A stretch of DNA of 64,000 nt from Rhodothermales bacterium (GTDB taxonomy: Bacteria > Bacteroidota > Rhodothermia > Rhodothermales > UBA10348), in the NCBI GenBank assembly GCA_017643395.1, contig JAEPNP010000003.1, forward strand, positions 254,769 through 318,768, given 5' to 3'. The position numbers were made by a program, and so were the translations under genes. Under the pieces are notes generated by a model. It was not told where the DNA came from. It searched no databases and was given only the letters and a program-made list of their open reading frames with translations. Positions 55,986 to 64,000 of this stretch are shown here, in pieces. Numbering within the stretch: the stretch's first letter is position 1; each line of letters opens with the position of its first letter.

Positions 55986-58216
55986 TGATGAGACTCATTC
56001 TCCTACTCGTTTTGCTGACGCCGGCGCAGGTGATCGCGCAGTCGCTGCATGGTCGCGTGCTGGATCACGCCACCATGGAGGGCATCCCGCTGGCCACCCT
56101 GCTTGTGGTAGGTACCGATCAGGGCACGGCGGCCGACATCGACGGACACTTCCACCTGGATCTGCCCGAGGGCGCGCGCGAACTCCGCGTCTCTGCCGTT
56201 GGTTACACGTCGGAGCGCTTCCTGATTACGGACGCCATGCGTTCCGGCGAGCCCTTCCACCTGCATCTGCATCCCAACGTGATTCAGCATCAGGAGGTGG
56301 TGGTGAGTGCAGACGGCGGTGCGGTGCGGGACCCAGCGGCATCGCCCCATGTGCAGCGCGCCACCGAAGATCTGATGGATCGCGTGCCGGGTGCCGACTT
56401 CATTCAGCGCGCCAATTTTGCCTGGGAGCCCGTGATACGCGGCATGAGTGGCGGCCAGATTGGCCTGGTGATAGACGGCATCAAGGTCATCGGCGCCTGC
56501 ATCGATGAGATGGACCCCACCTCAGCGTACGTGGAGGTGGAAAACCTGGAGCGCCTCGATCTGACCAAGGGCGGGTTTGATCTGAGCAGCGGCTCCCAGA
56601 TTGGTGGTGCAATCAATCTGGTTACCCAGAAGCCGTCACTTTCTGACCCGTTCAGCCTGTCCAGCGAAGCCGGCTTCGAGTCGGCCTCCGGGCTTCGGCG
56701 CGGGCGCGTGGTAGCATCCGCCTCCGAAGGTGACGTCGGTGTGCGTTTCAGCTATTCGTACAAGCGAGCGGCGGATTTCCGGCCCGGGGGCGGCGCAGCC
56801 GACGTGGCCGGTTCGGGGTACGAAAAGAACAATTACAAGGCGGACGTCGCGTGGCAACCGCACCATGCCCATCGTCTGGAGGCCTCATTTCTCGGGGACA
56901 ATGCGTGGGGCGTCGGCTATCCGGTTCTTCTGATGGACGCCACGCTTGCCAAGGCCCGGATTTACAGCCTGACGCACACGCTGACGCCCCATAGCGGTGG
57001 CGCGCCGCATCATGTCGAGACCAAGGTGTATCACAACACCGTGGATCACTGGATGGACGATTTCGGCCGCGATGTGCTGGAGCGCCAGGTTATGCGCGGC
57101 ATGAATATGCCCATGTATGGCCTCACGCGCACGAGCGGTTTGATCAGCACCGCGGACATCCGGCTTGATGGGGGCAATCGCGTGGGGGTGACCCTCGATG
57201 CCTATCGCACGAAGAGTTTCGGTGACATGTGGATGTTCAGTGTCTTCGAGGGCATCCAGGACATGTACCTGTTGAATCTGGGCGATGTGGTGGTCAACCA
57301 TGCGGCCCTCGCAGTGAACGGTACGTACCACCTTTCAGAGCGGCTGTCGCTGCGGGCCGACGCCCGAATGGACGTGTCGCCTCGAGATGTGAAGCGGGAG
57401 GAATCCCGGTCGATTCTCGAAGGACGATGGGACACGGATGATCTTTCCCGCACGTACGTGCTGGGCAATCTCAGCACAACGCTGGAGTATGCGTTTTCGC
57501 CGGCCACGCGGGTGCGGTTCGGCATGGCCAACGTCAGCCGTCTGCCCACACACATCGAGAACTACGGCCACTACGTGTACAACTACGTGGACGGCTACTT
57601 CTATACCGGAAATCCCGATCTGAAGCCGGAGCGTTCGAGGCAAGCGGAAATCGGCATCGATCATTGGGGGCAACGAGCAGGATTGCGCGCCAGCGTATTC
57701 GCCAACCACGTGCGCAACTACATCATCGGTGAGGGGGACACCGGTCTGACGGAGGGGTCATCTACCTACCGGTTTCGGGTGTACCGCAACGCGGACGCAG
57801 CGCTATTGATGGGCGGCGAAGTGTCTGCGGTTGCCGAGTTGGGCAAGGGCATCTCAATCGCAGGCGCGGGGTCGTACACGTGGGGGCAGAACCTGGAGTT
57901 CGACGAGCCGCTTTACCTGATGCCGCCCCTCAGCGGCATGCTCAGCCTGCGGGCTGATCGGGGGAGACGCTGGGCGGAGCTCGAAGCACGCATGGCCATG
58001 CCCCAGAACCGCGTGTCCCGCCAGGTTGCCCGGGAGGACGGCACGGACGGCTACTTCATCCTGAATGTGCGTGGCAGTCTGCCGGTGCCGGGTGGCGCCG
58101 AGCTGAAGGTGGGTGTGGAGAACCTGCTCGACACCTTCTACCAGGAGCACCTCAGCTTCGGCAATCTGCCGAACGAGGGGCGCAACCTGTACGTAGCGCT
58201 CGCCTGGGCGTACTAG
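55982..58216 (+). CDS. TonB-dependent receptor with N-terminal CarboxypepD_reg domain (locus A)
   Basis: 744 aa. Signal peptide MMMRLILLLVLLTPAQVIAQ. CarboxypepD_reg: LHGRVLDHATMEGIPLATLLVVGT...DGHFHL. Plug: PVIRGMSGGQIGLVIDG. Beta-barrel with terminal aromatic ...LYVALAWAY. Confidence 0.92.
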   Translation: MMMRLILLLVLLTPAQVIAQSLHGRVLDHATMEGIPLATLLVVGTDQGTAADIDGHFHLDLPEGARELRVSAVGYTSERFLITDAMRSGEPFHLHLHPNVIQHQEVVVSADGGAVRDPAASPHVQRATEDLMDRVPGADFIQRANFAWEPVIRGMSGGQIGLVIDGIKVIGACIDEMDPTSAYVEVENLERLDLTKGGFDLSSGSQIGGAINLVTQKPSLSDPFSLSSEAGFESASGLRRGRVVASASEGDVGVRFSYSYKRAADFRPGGGAADVAGSGYEKNNYKADVAWQPHHAHRLEASFLGDNAWGVGYPVLLMDATLAKARIYSLTHTLTPHSGGAPHHVETKVYHNTVDHWMDDFGRDVLERQVMRGMNMPMYGLTRTSGLISTADIRLDGGNRVGVTLDAYRTKSFGDMWMFSVFEGIQDMYLLNLGDVVVNHAALAVNGTYHLSERLSLRADARMDVSPRDVKREESRSILEGRWDTDDLSRTYVLGNLSTTLEYAFSPATRVRFGMANVSRLPTHIENYGHYVYNYVDGYFYTGNPDLKPERSRQAEIGIDHWGQRAGLRASVFANHVRNYIIGEGDTGLTEGSSTYRFRVYRNADAALLMGGEVSAVAELGKGISIAGAGSYTWGQNLEFDEPLYLMPPLSGMLSLRADRGRRWAELEARMAMPQNRVSRQVAREDGTDGYFILNVRGSLPVPGGAELKVGVENLLDTFYQEHLSFGNLPNEGRNLYVALAWAY

Positions 58217-58227
58217 AGTCAGTCTGC

Positions 58228-58506
58228 CTACCCATCGCCCAATTTTTGAAAGGCCCAGTAGCCGATGCCCGCGATGCCGGCGAGTTGCAGTAAGTGCAGC
58301 CACCACAGACGGGTGCCCTCAAGCAGCACATAGCGGGAGCCCATCAGGGCCTCTATGCGCTGGGCCTGCACCTCCACCGGGCCCCGGTAGAAAGGGGCCC
58401 ACATGAGGTCGCCGGAGGGTTCGACCTGCCAGGGGATGTAGAAGACGGCAACGATGAGAAAGGCGATAACCGCCGTGCCCAGGGCGCCGCGCTGGTTGTG
58501 GTTCAT
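58228..58506 (-). CDS. Small 2-TM membrane protein (92 aa) immediately downstream of TonB receptor B
   Basis: Start taken at MNHNQRGALGTAVIAFLIVAVFYIPW (ATG 58506), 2 nt after the receptor stop. The track ORF's longer N-terminus overlaps the receptor gene. Confidence 0.45.
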   Translation of the reverse strand: MNHNQRGALGTAVIAFLIVAVFYIPWQVEPSGDLMWAPFYRGPVEVQAQRIEALMGSRYVLLEGTRLWWLHLLQLAGIAGIGYWAFQKLGDG

Positions 58507-58508
58507 GG

Positions 58509-60707
58509 CTACAGGTAGACGCGATAGACCAGACGCACGTTGCGACCGGGTTCCGGCATCACACTCTTGACACGGGACAAGTGGTCCCGGTACTCCGTAT
58601 TCGAGACGTTGTCGATGGCCAACGTCAGACTGTGGAGTGAGGTGCGGGAGCTGAACAGGTACTCCAGGAACAGATCTGGGACCAGATAGCCGCTGGTCGG
58701 CTCCTCGAACTCGCCCAGGCGCTCCTGCCGGGCCGAGCCGCGCAGGGTCGCCCCGACGGTCAGCGGCGAGCGATCGTAGCGAACCGACAGGCTTTGCCGA
58801 AACGGCGGTGTCCACGGAATTGGCTCGTCCAGCTCAGTCAGGGTGCCACGCACGAAGCTCAGGTTGCTGGAAACGGACCAGATATTGGACAGTCGGATGT
58901 CCACACTGCCTTCGGCGCCCTCCATCCTGGCATCGGAGCCGGCGTACTGGAAGATGGGCAGGTAGATGCGCGTGTTGAGCTCTCCGGTGTTCCTGGGAAA
59001 GATGTATCCCGAGAAGCGGTTCAGGTAGGCGGCCGCGTACCAGGAGACCCGGGGGCCTTCCCATCGGGACGATAGTTCGAAGCCGGTACCAGACTCCACC
59101 CCCAGGTCCGGATTGCCCACCTCGAAGGAATAAGCCGCAAGGTGCGGGCCCTCGGAGAAGAGTTCTTCGATGCCGGGCAGGCGAATGGAGCGCATACCGG
59201 ACGCGGCGAGGGTGAGTCTGGGATTGAGGGGCCACTTCAGGGCCGCTGATGCCGAGACTCCTCCGAACTTTTTCTGGGCGATGAGGCCGATGTCGGACAT
59301 GAACTCCCGGCTGGGCGTCACCTGGCGGAGATCGTAGCGCGCTCCGACTTCGAGTGAGGTGCCGCCCAGATCCACCGTCTGGTGACCGAAGCCGGCAACA
59401 GACCATTCGGTCGTCGCAGGCGTGGACGAGAACCCTCCCGATGCGTAATCGCGATGCTCGACCCAGAACCCGACAGCTCCATCCGTCAGGCGCCCGCGTC
59501 CTGCCGTGTGGGCGATGGCCGTCGCGTGATAGGAGAGGAGGCCGAATTCAATACCAACCGAGCCGTTGGATTCGAACTCCTGGTGGAAGTACCTGGAATA
59601 GCTTCCTTTTGCTTCCAGATGTCGAATGCCGCGGATTGGTGTGATCCACTCGCCCCTGGTCCGAAAGTGGCGTCGGTTGAGCTCGATGGAGACTCCTTCC
59701 GGGTGTGCACCTACAAATCCCCCGGGGATACCGTAGTGCGAATCATACAGGGACCCTGAGACTCCCAGGTAGCCCCAGGACCGGACAAGACTGGCGCCCA
59801 GGGACGCGGTACCCGTGTCCAGGGCGGTGTTGCCTAGTCGACCGTCGGGTGTGGCTACATCACCAGCAGCTCGATATGCGCCGTCCGCCCGGACCACGGC
59901 GCTGGTGCCTATCGGAGCCACGACCACGGCGCCGCCCGCCAGGCCTCGACTGGCACTCTGTCCCTGTCCCGAGAGGGTTGTGCGGACTTTGGAAGGCACG
60001 GAGCTCGGCACGTAGTCTCGCACCACGTTCACCGCACCGCCCAGCGTATTGGGGCCGTAAATGAGCGCGGCAGGTCCGCGCACGATTTCTATGCGGTCCG
60101 CGGTGATCGGGTCTACCACGAGGGCATGGTCCGATGTAGTGGCCGACAGGTCACCCGTGCGGCCTCCATCCTCGAGCACGAGCAGGCGCTCCCCGCCCAA
60201 CCCGCGCAGCACCGGTCGGGCGGGCGCGGGGCCCATCGACCGCATGGAAAGTCCCGGCTCCTGGTCCAGAGTTTCGGCGATCGTCGTGCCGAGCTGTTGC
60301 CTCAGTCGGCCGCCCCGCAGTTCGGAGGCAGCTTCGACAGTTTGCGCACCAAGTCCTTCGTCTACGACTACGACCTCAGCCGATTCGATGACGGAATCGC
60401 GCATGCGCAGCGTCAGTTCGAGCGTGTCCCCGGTAGCCACCGTGATGGTGGTTTCGAAGGGGAAGAAGCCGATGCGGAAGGCCTTGAGGGTGAACTGGCC
60501 CGCAGGCATTCTCCTGAGCAGGAACGCACCGTTCCCATCCGAAGTGGTGGAACGGTGCGCTTCCTGCACCAGGATCTGAGCAAACTCGACCGGCTCGCCT
60601 GAGGACGCACTAACTACGCGGCCCGTCAGCACGCCGGATTGCGCTCTTGCCGGAGCGCTGATCATCCAGATCGCCAGTAGGGCTATGGCGATCCGGATTG
60701 TTCTCAT
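58509..60707 (-). CDS. TonB-dependent receptor with N-terminal CarboxypepD_reg domain (locus B)
   Basis: 732 aa. Signal peptide MRTIRIAIALLAIWMISAPARAQ. CarboxypepD_reg: LTGRVVSASSGEPVEFAQILV...DGNGAFLL. Plug: PVLRGLGGERLLVLEDG and IEIVRGPAALIYGPNTLGGAVNVV. Confidence 0.92.
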   Translation of the reverse strand: MRTIRIAIALLAIWMISAPARAQSGVLTGRVVSASSGEPVEFAQILVQEAHRSTTSDGNGAFLLRRMPAGQFTLKAFRIGFFPFETTITVATGDTLELTLRMRDSVIESAEVVVVDEGLGAQTVEAASELRGGRLRQQLGTTIAETLDQEPGLSMRSMGPAPARPVLRGLGGERLLVLEDGGRTGDLSATTSDHALVVDPITADRIEIVRGPAALIYGPNTLGGAVNVVRDYVPSSVPSKVRTTLSGQGQSASRGLAGGAVVVAPIGTSAVVRADGAYRAAGDVATPDGRLGNTALDTGTASLGASLVRSWGYLGVSGSLYDSHYGIPGGFVGAHPEGVSIELNRRHFRTRGEWITPIRGIRHLEAKGSYSRYFHQEFESNGSVGIEFGLLSYHATAIAHTAGRGRLTDGAVGFWVEHRDYASGGFSSTPATTEWSVAGFGHQTVDLGGTSLEVGARYDLRQVTPSREFMSDIGLIAQKKFGGVSASAALKWPLNPRLTLAASGMRSIRLPGIEELFSEGPHLAAYSFEVGNPDLGVESGTGFELSSRWEGPRVSWYAAAYLNRFSGYIFPRNTGELNTRIYLPIFQYAGSDARMEGAEGSVDIRLSNIWSVSSNLSFVRGTLTELDEPIPWTPPFRQSLSVRYDRSPLTVGATLRGSARQERLGEFEEPTSGYLVPDLFLEYLFSSRTSLHSLTLAIDNVSNTEYRDHLSRVKSVMPEPGRNVRLVYRVYL

Positions 60708-61213
60708 TGAACGGTGATCTGAATGGCGTTGCTTGCGCTGACCGGCGGCGTGGTGAAGTCCGCGTGGTCATTGTGAAGCAGGCGCAACTGGAATCCAGTC
60801 GTTCCGGCGGATTCACCGTGCAGGTGGAAGGCCCATTTGCCGTCTTCGGAGTGCTGCTCGAATTCGGCGATGCCCTCTGTGGCAAACGCGTGGCCGAGGG
60901 AGAACTCCGCTCCGAGATCCTCGGAATGAATCTCCTCACCTTCGTGGCCGAGGAATTCGACCGAGATCAGCGGGGTCTCTTCACCCGCCGAGATGGCGAA
61001 ACCGCACTGTGCGGTGGCACAGGTGACTTCGCCCTCCAGGACGCGCCAGACTTCGGCGCCATTCATCATGACGGCGATGCCTTCAATTTCGTCTGCATGA
61101 TCGTCGTGGTCGTCATCATCCACGGGGTTGCTGTCACATGCAGCAAGAAAGAGGACAGCGGGGAGTACAAAAAGGGTGGCCCAGCCGCGGGCCGTAAGGA
61201 ACGTGGGTTTCAT
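60704..61213 (-). CDS. His/Asp/Glu-rich lipoprotein, unknown family, translationally coupled to TonB receptor B
   Basis: Lipobox LFLAAC followed by DSNPVDDDDHDDHADE. Further His pairs: FLGHEGEEIHSED, WAFHLHGE, LLHNDHADF. ATGA overlap with the receptor start. Confidence 0.7.
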   Translation of the reverse strand: MKPTFLTARGWATLFVLPAVLFLAACDSNPVDDDDHDDHADEIEGIAVMMNGAEVWRVLEGEVTCATAQCGFAISAGEETPLISVEFLGHEGEEIHSEDLGAEFSLGHAFATEGIAEFEQHSEDGKWAFHLHGESAGTTGFQLRLLHNDHADFTTPPVSASNAIQITVQ

Positions 61214-61288
61214 TGTTTCCTGTTCGCAAAGCTTGAGTCAATCGGATCGTTGGGGCGATGGGCTCCGCAACGATCACGTTGCAGAGGC

Positions 61289-61633
61289 TCAAGCGGCGAC
61301 AGGGGGGCCACGTATCGGCGCGCGGTCACGTGTGAGCGCACCGGAGGTCTCATGGGATGTCAACCAGGCCTTGCCGAGTCCGCTCAGGTCAACGAGGTCC
61401 TCCGCTGTCCCGGATTCGGCGACGGTGCGGGTTACGCAAAGCGTGCAGTCGTCCGGAGAGGCCGCGGACAGGTCGTGCCCATCGCTGAAGCCGCCTTCCG
61501 GGCCGTGGTGGTGCTCGGTGCCGGCCCATTCGAGCGCATGCTCAATCTGGTGCAGTGGCGGCGCGAGCACCCACCCGAAGACCAGGAGGGCGAGCAGGGT
61601 CAGGGCGCTATGTCGGCGGTGGCTGGAGGCCAT
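61289..61633 (-). CDS. Small membrane-anchored His/Cys-containing protein (paralog of 52906..53274), head of TonB-receptor locus B
   Basis: Start taken at MASSHRRHSALTLLALLVFGWVLAPPLH (ATG 61633). His-rich EHALEWAGTEHHHGPE. Cys pair DDCTLC. C-terminus APIRGPPVAA. Confidence 0.6.
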   Translation of the reverse strand: MASSHRRHSALTLLALLVFGWVLAPPLHQIEHALEWAGTEHHHGPEGGFSDGHDLSAASPDDCTLCVTRTVAESGTAEDLVDLSGLGKAWLTSHETSGALTRDRAPIRGPPVAA

Positions 61634-61796
61634 GGATACAGGATCTCGGCTAAAGCCCGCCTCCGTGAAGGGGTTCCCGAGTTCGCGGCCGATGGCCATG
61701 TTATCCGGGGGCCGGGGCCGCGCTGTTGGCATTGCCACCCGTATACTTCCGGTCACCCCGGTTTGCTTCCCATCGCCTTATCTCGTGATCCCACCC

Positions 61797-64000
61797 ATGT
61801 CTCGATTCGGACCCCTTGTTCTGCTGCTTGCGCTGAGCCTGACGTCCTGCACGACCGTCAACGTAGACCCAGGCATGCAGGCCGCTTCCACTCCGACTGC
61901 GACGACCGCAAGTCGCCCGGCCACCCCTTCCTCAGCGACTGCTGCGAAGAGTCCATTCAAGAAGGCTTCCGAAGTACTCAAGGACACCCGCAAGGTGGAC
62001 GGATTTCTGACCTTCAACGTCAAGCGGGACCAGACGACGTATCTGACGCTGCCGCCGAGCCGCATGGACGCCGACATGGGTCTGGTCATGCATTACTCGT
62101 CCGGCAACGGCACGTTTGGTATTCAGGAGGGGCTGTACCTCTTCGATACCCGGTTGATGCGTTTCGAACGCGCGGCGGACAAGATCCATCTGGTGCACCG
62201 CAATACGCGGTTCATCGCCGATGAGGGCACCGGCATGCAACGCGCGCTGGAGGACAACATCGGACACTCGATTGTGCAGACATTCGACATCGCCGGTTTC
62301 GACTCCACGTCGGGCGCCTATGTGATCGACTTCACGCCTTTCCTGGTGTCCGACTATGCCGACATCGCGAGAGGCACCCGCTTCTACTTTCAGAGCCAGC
62401 GGGAGGCGCGGTTCGACAAAGGATCGAGCTGGGTGGAGCGCGTGCAGTCTTTCCCGAACAACTCGGAAATAGACGCGATGCTGACATTCCGGCCGACCGC
62501 TCCGGCCACCGCACAGGCGATCGGGATGGCGGATGCACGCTCGTTCTCGGCAGGGGTCCGGTACTCCTTCTTTGGACTGCCGGAGGTGCCCATGGCTGCC
62601 CGCGCCGCGGACAATCGCATTGGCTACTTCATCGATGCGGCGAAGGATTTCTCACAGGACAAGGCCTTCGATCCCATGGTGCGCCACATCAATCGGTGGC
62701 GACTTGAGAAAAAGGACCCGAGTGCCGAACGGTCGGAGCCGGTCACGCCGATCACCTTCTACATCGACTGGTCGGTGCCGGAAGAGTATCGGCCGTATGT
62801 GCACGAAGGTGTTGAGGCCTGGAACAAGGCGTTCGACGCGGCCGGATTCATCAACGCGATTCGCGCCGTGGACCCGCCGAAGGATGATTCCACGTGGAGT
62901 GCAGAGGACATTCGTTACTCGACCATCCGCTGGACCGCGGCATATCGCATGGGGTTTGCAATCGGCCCATCGCAGACCGACCCCCGCACCGGTGAAATCC
63001 TGAACGCAGACATCCTGCTCTCCAGCGAGTTTGTGAGCGGTTGGAGCAGCGAGTACGACGAGCTTCTGGAGACCAGGAGTTTCGAGCAGATGGAGGCGGA
63101 AATGGCCGAGTCGCTGGCGTTCGGTCTCCATGAGCGGATCTGCACCAACCAGATAGGGCGCCAGCAGTCCATGGGCTTGCTGAACGCCACGCTGCTGAGC
63201 GACGGTGTGGTTGCGAAGACCGGCGACATTCCGCTGGAGCTGATCGGAGTGCAGCTGCGTGACCTCACCATGCACGAGGTGGGGCACACGCTCGGTCTCA
63301 TGCACAATTTCGAGTCCTCATCGGCGATCGACTTCGGCATGCTGCAGGACAAGGACTACACGCGGCAGAACGGCGTGTACTCGTCGGTCATGGACTACGC
63401 CATCGTCAACATCAATCCCGACCGGGAGCGTCAGGGCTACTACGTCAACCCGGAGCCGGGTGCGTATGACGTGTTTGCCATTCGCTTTGGCTACACCCCG
63501 GAGGAAGACAAGATTCCAGGCATCCTTGCCGAGTCGGCCAACCCGCTGCACATCTACGGCTCGCACGAGGACGGGCCCAACACCGGAATCGACCCTTACG
63601 TGAACACCTGGGATCTGTCGAGTGACCTGCTGGCTCACGCGCGGACACGCGCTGAGCTCGTCTCGGACATTGAGCCGAACCTGACCGAGCGCATGGTGGC
63701 CGATGGAGAGTATTTCGATGCCCTCCGCGGTGCGTACGCCGGGCTGCTGTTCGAGCGCTACAACACCGTGAACCACGCCACCAAGCTCGTCGGCGGTGTG
63801 CGGCTGAACCGCCTGCACAAAGGGCAGGGGATGGAGCCTATGGTGCCGCTGTCCGCGGCTGAGCAACGGGAGGCCGTTGAGTTCGTCATGAGCCAGTTCA
63901 TAGACGATGGGGTCATCGTGCCGAACGAGACGCTGCTGAACCGGTCGGTCCCGAGCATGCATCTGGACTTCGAGCGGCGCCCGACGGGGGCGCGCGACAT
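61797..64000 (+). CDS. Zinc-dependent metalloprotease lipoprotein (DUF4953/DUF5117-type), 3' end beyond the window
   Basis: Not in the ORF track because it has no stop in the window. ATG 61797 gives MSRFGPLVLLLALSLTSC (lipobox). I read the frame codon by codon to base 64000 without a stop. Zinc site HEVGHTLGLMHNF is encoded from 63273, followed by SSVMDY. Confidence 0.88.
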   Translation, partial: MSRFGPLVLLLALSLTSCTTVNVDPGMQAASTPTATTASRPATPSSATAAKSPFKKASEVLKDTRKVDGFLTFNVKRDQTTYLTLPPSRMDADMGLVMHYSSGNGTFGIQEGLYLFDTRLMRFERAADKIHLVHRNTRFIADEGTGMQRALEDNIGHSIVQTFDIAGFDSTSGAYVIDFTPFLVSDYADIARGTRFYFQSQREARFDKGSSWVERVQSFPNNSEIDAMLTFRPTAPATAQAIGMADARSFSAGVRYSFFGLPEVPMAARAADNRIGYFIDAAKDFSQDKAFDPMVRHINRWRLEKKDPSAERSEPVTPITFYIDWSVPEEYRPYVHEGVEAWNKAFDAAGFINAIRAVDPPKDDSTWSAEDIRYSTIRWTAAYRMGFAIGPSQTDPRTGEILNADILLSSEFVSGWSSEYDELLETRSFEQMEAEMAESLAFGLHERICTNQIGRQQSMGLLNATLLSDGVVAKTGDIPLELIGVQLRDLTMHEVGHTLGLMHNFESSSAIDFGMLQDKDYTRQNGVYSSVMDYAIVNINPDRERQGYYVNPEPGAYDVFAIRFGYTPEEDKIPGILAESANPLHIYGSHEDGPNTGIDPYVNTWDLSSDLLAHARTRAELVSDIEPNLTERMVADGEYFDALRGAYAGLLFERYNTVNHATKLVGGVRLNRLHKGQGMEPMVPLSAAEQREAVEFVMSQFIDDGVIVPNETLLNRSVPSMHLDFERRPTGARD

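Noticed and set aside
61245-61275. Inverted repeat GATCGTTG-N15-CAACGATC between the small protein and the His-rich lipoprotein; it shares the GTGATCGTT core with the rhodopsin-region half-sites
   Set aside because: One extra occurrence of a 9-mer in 64 kb (both strands) is within chance expectation. It is more simply a local hairpin, and I have no evidence that it belongs to the CarH-like regulon.
1-64000. Mobile elements, prophage, defence islands, CRISPR-Cas, rRNA/tRNA genes
   Set aside because: I recognised no integrase, transposase, recombinase, toxin-antitoxin, restriction-modification or cas-like products in any frame. I saw no terminal inverted repeats or tRNA-flanked boundaries. The window reads as native chromosome with accessory sensory and uptake loci.

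Overview
GC-rich chromosomal window, most consistent with an FCB-group bacterium of the Rhodothermaeota / Salinibacter-like lineage. Support: four type-A T9SS C-terminal sorting domains, CarboxypepD_reg-type TonB-dependent receptors, acidic residues after lipoprotein Cys+1, and a rhodopsin nearly collinear with Salinibacter xanthorhodopsin as I remember it. I saw no rRNA, tRNA, CRISPR, transposase, integrase or phage genes. Order of content: heterodimeric ABC exporter; ArsR plus a Cys-rich micro-ORF; TPR-thioredoxin; TolB-like lipoprotein; a troABCD-like metal importer whose two permeases both carry DtxR-type winged-helix tails; two giant T9SS cargo proteins; REC-HPt; a CcmF-like heme lyase. 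Then a housekeeping block: rny / candidate structured RNA / zapA / coiled-coil / pheT-pheS / rplT-rpmI-infC / thrS. Then an S9 peptidase, membrane proteins, an M20 amidohydrolase, MscS and a LuxR-type two-component pair. The most interesting accessory part follows. (i) An HTH+B12-binding (CarH/LitR-like) regulator lies divergent from a xanthorhodopsin-blh operon that continues into two uncharacterised membrane proteins. (ii) A co-directional run holds T9SS cargo (plant-type LRR protein, lactonase-like propeller), a MOSC protein and a hybrid histidine kinase; its transmembrane domain matches the plant ETR1 ethylene-binding domain at all seven positions I recall as essential. (iii) Two convergent TonB-dependent metal-acquisition loci, one with an MbnP/MbnH-like pair, are each headed by paralogous small Cys-containing membrane proteins. 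The window ends inside a zinc metalloprotease gene (61797..64000) that is missing from the supplied ORF track because it has no stop in the window. Many long track ORFs are antisense artefacts of the high GC content, and several real genes start downstream of the first listed Met. All family assignments come from motif recognition by eye and remembered sequences; no searches were run.
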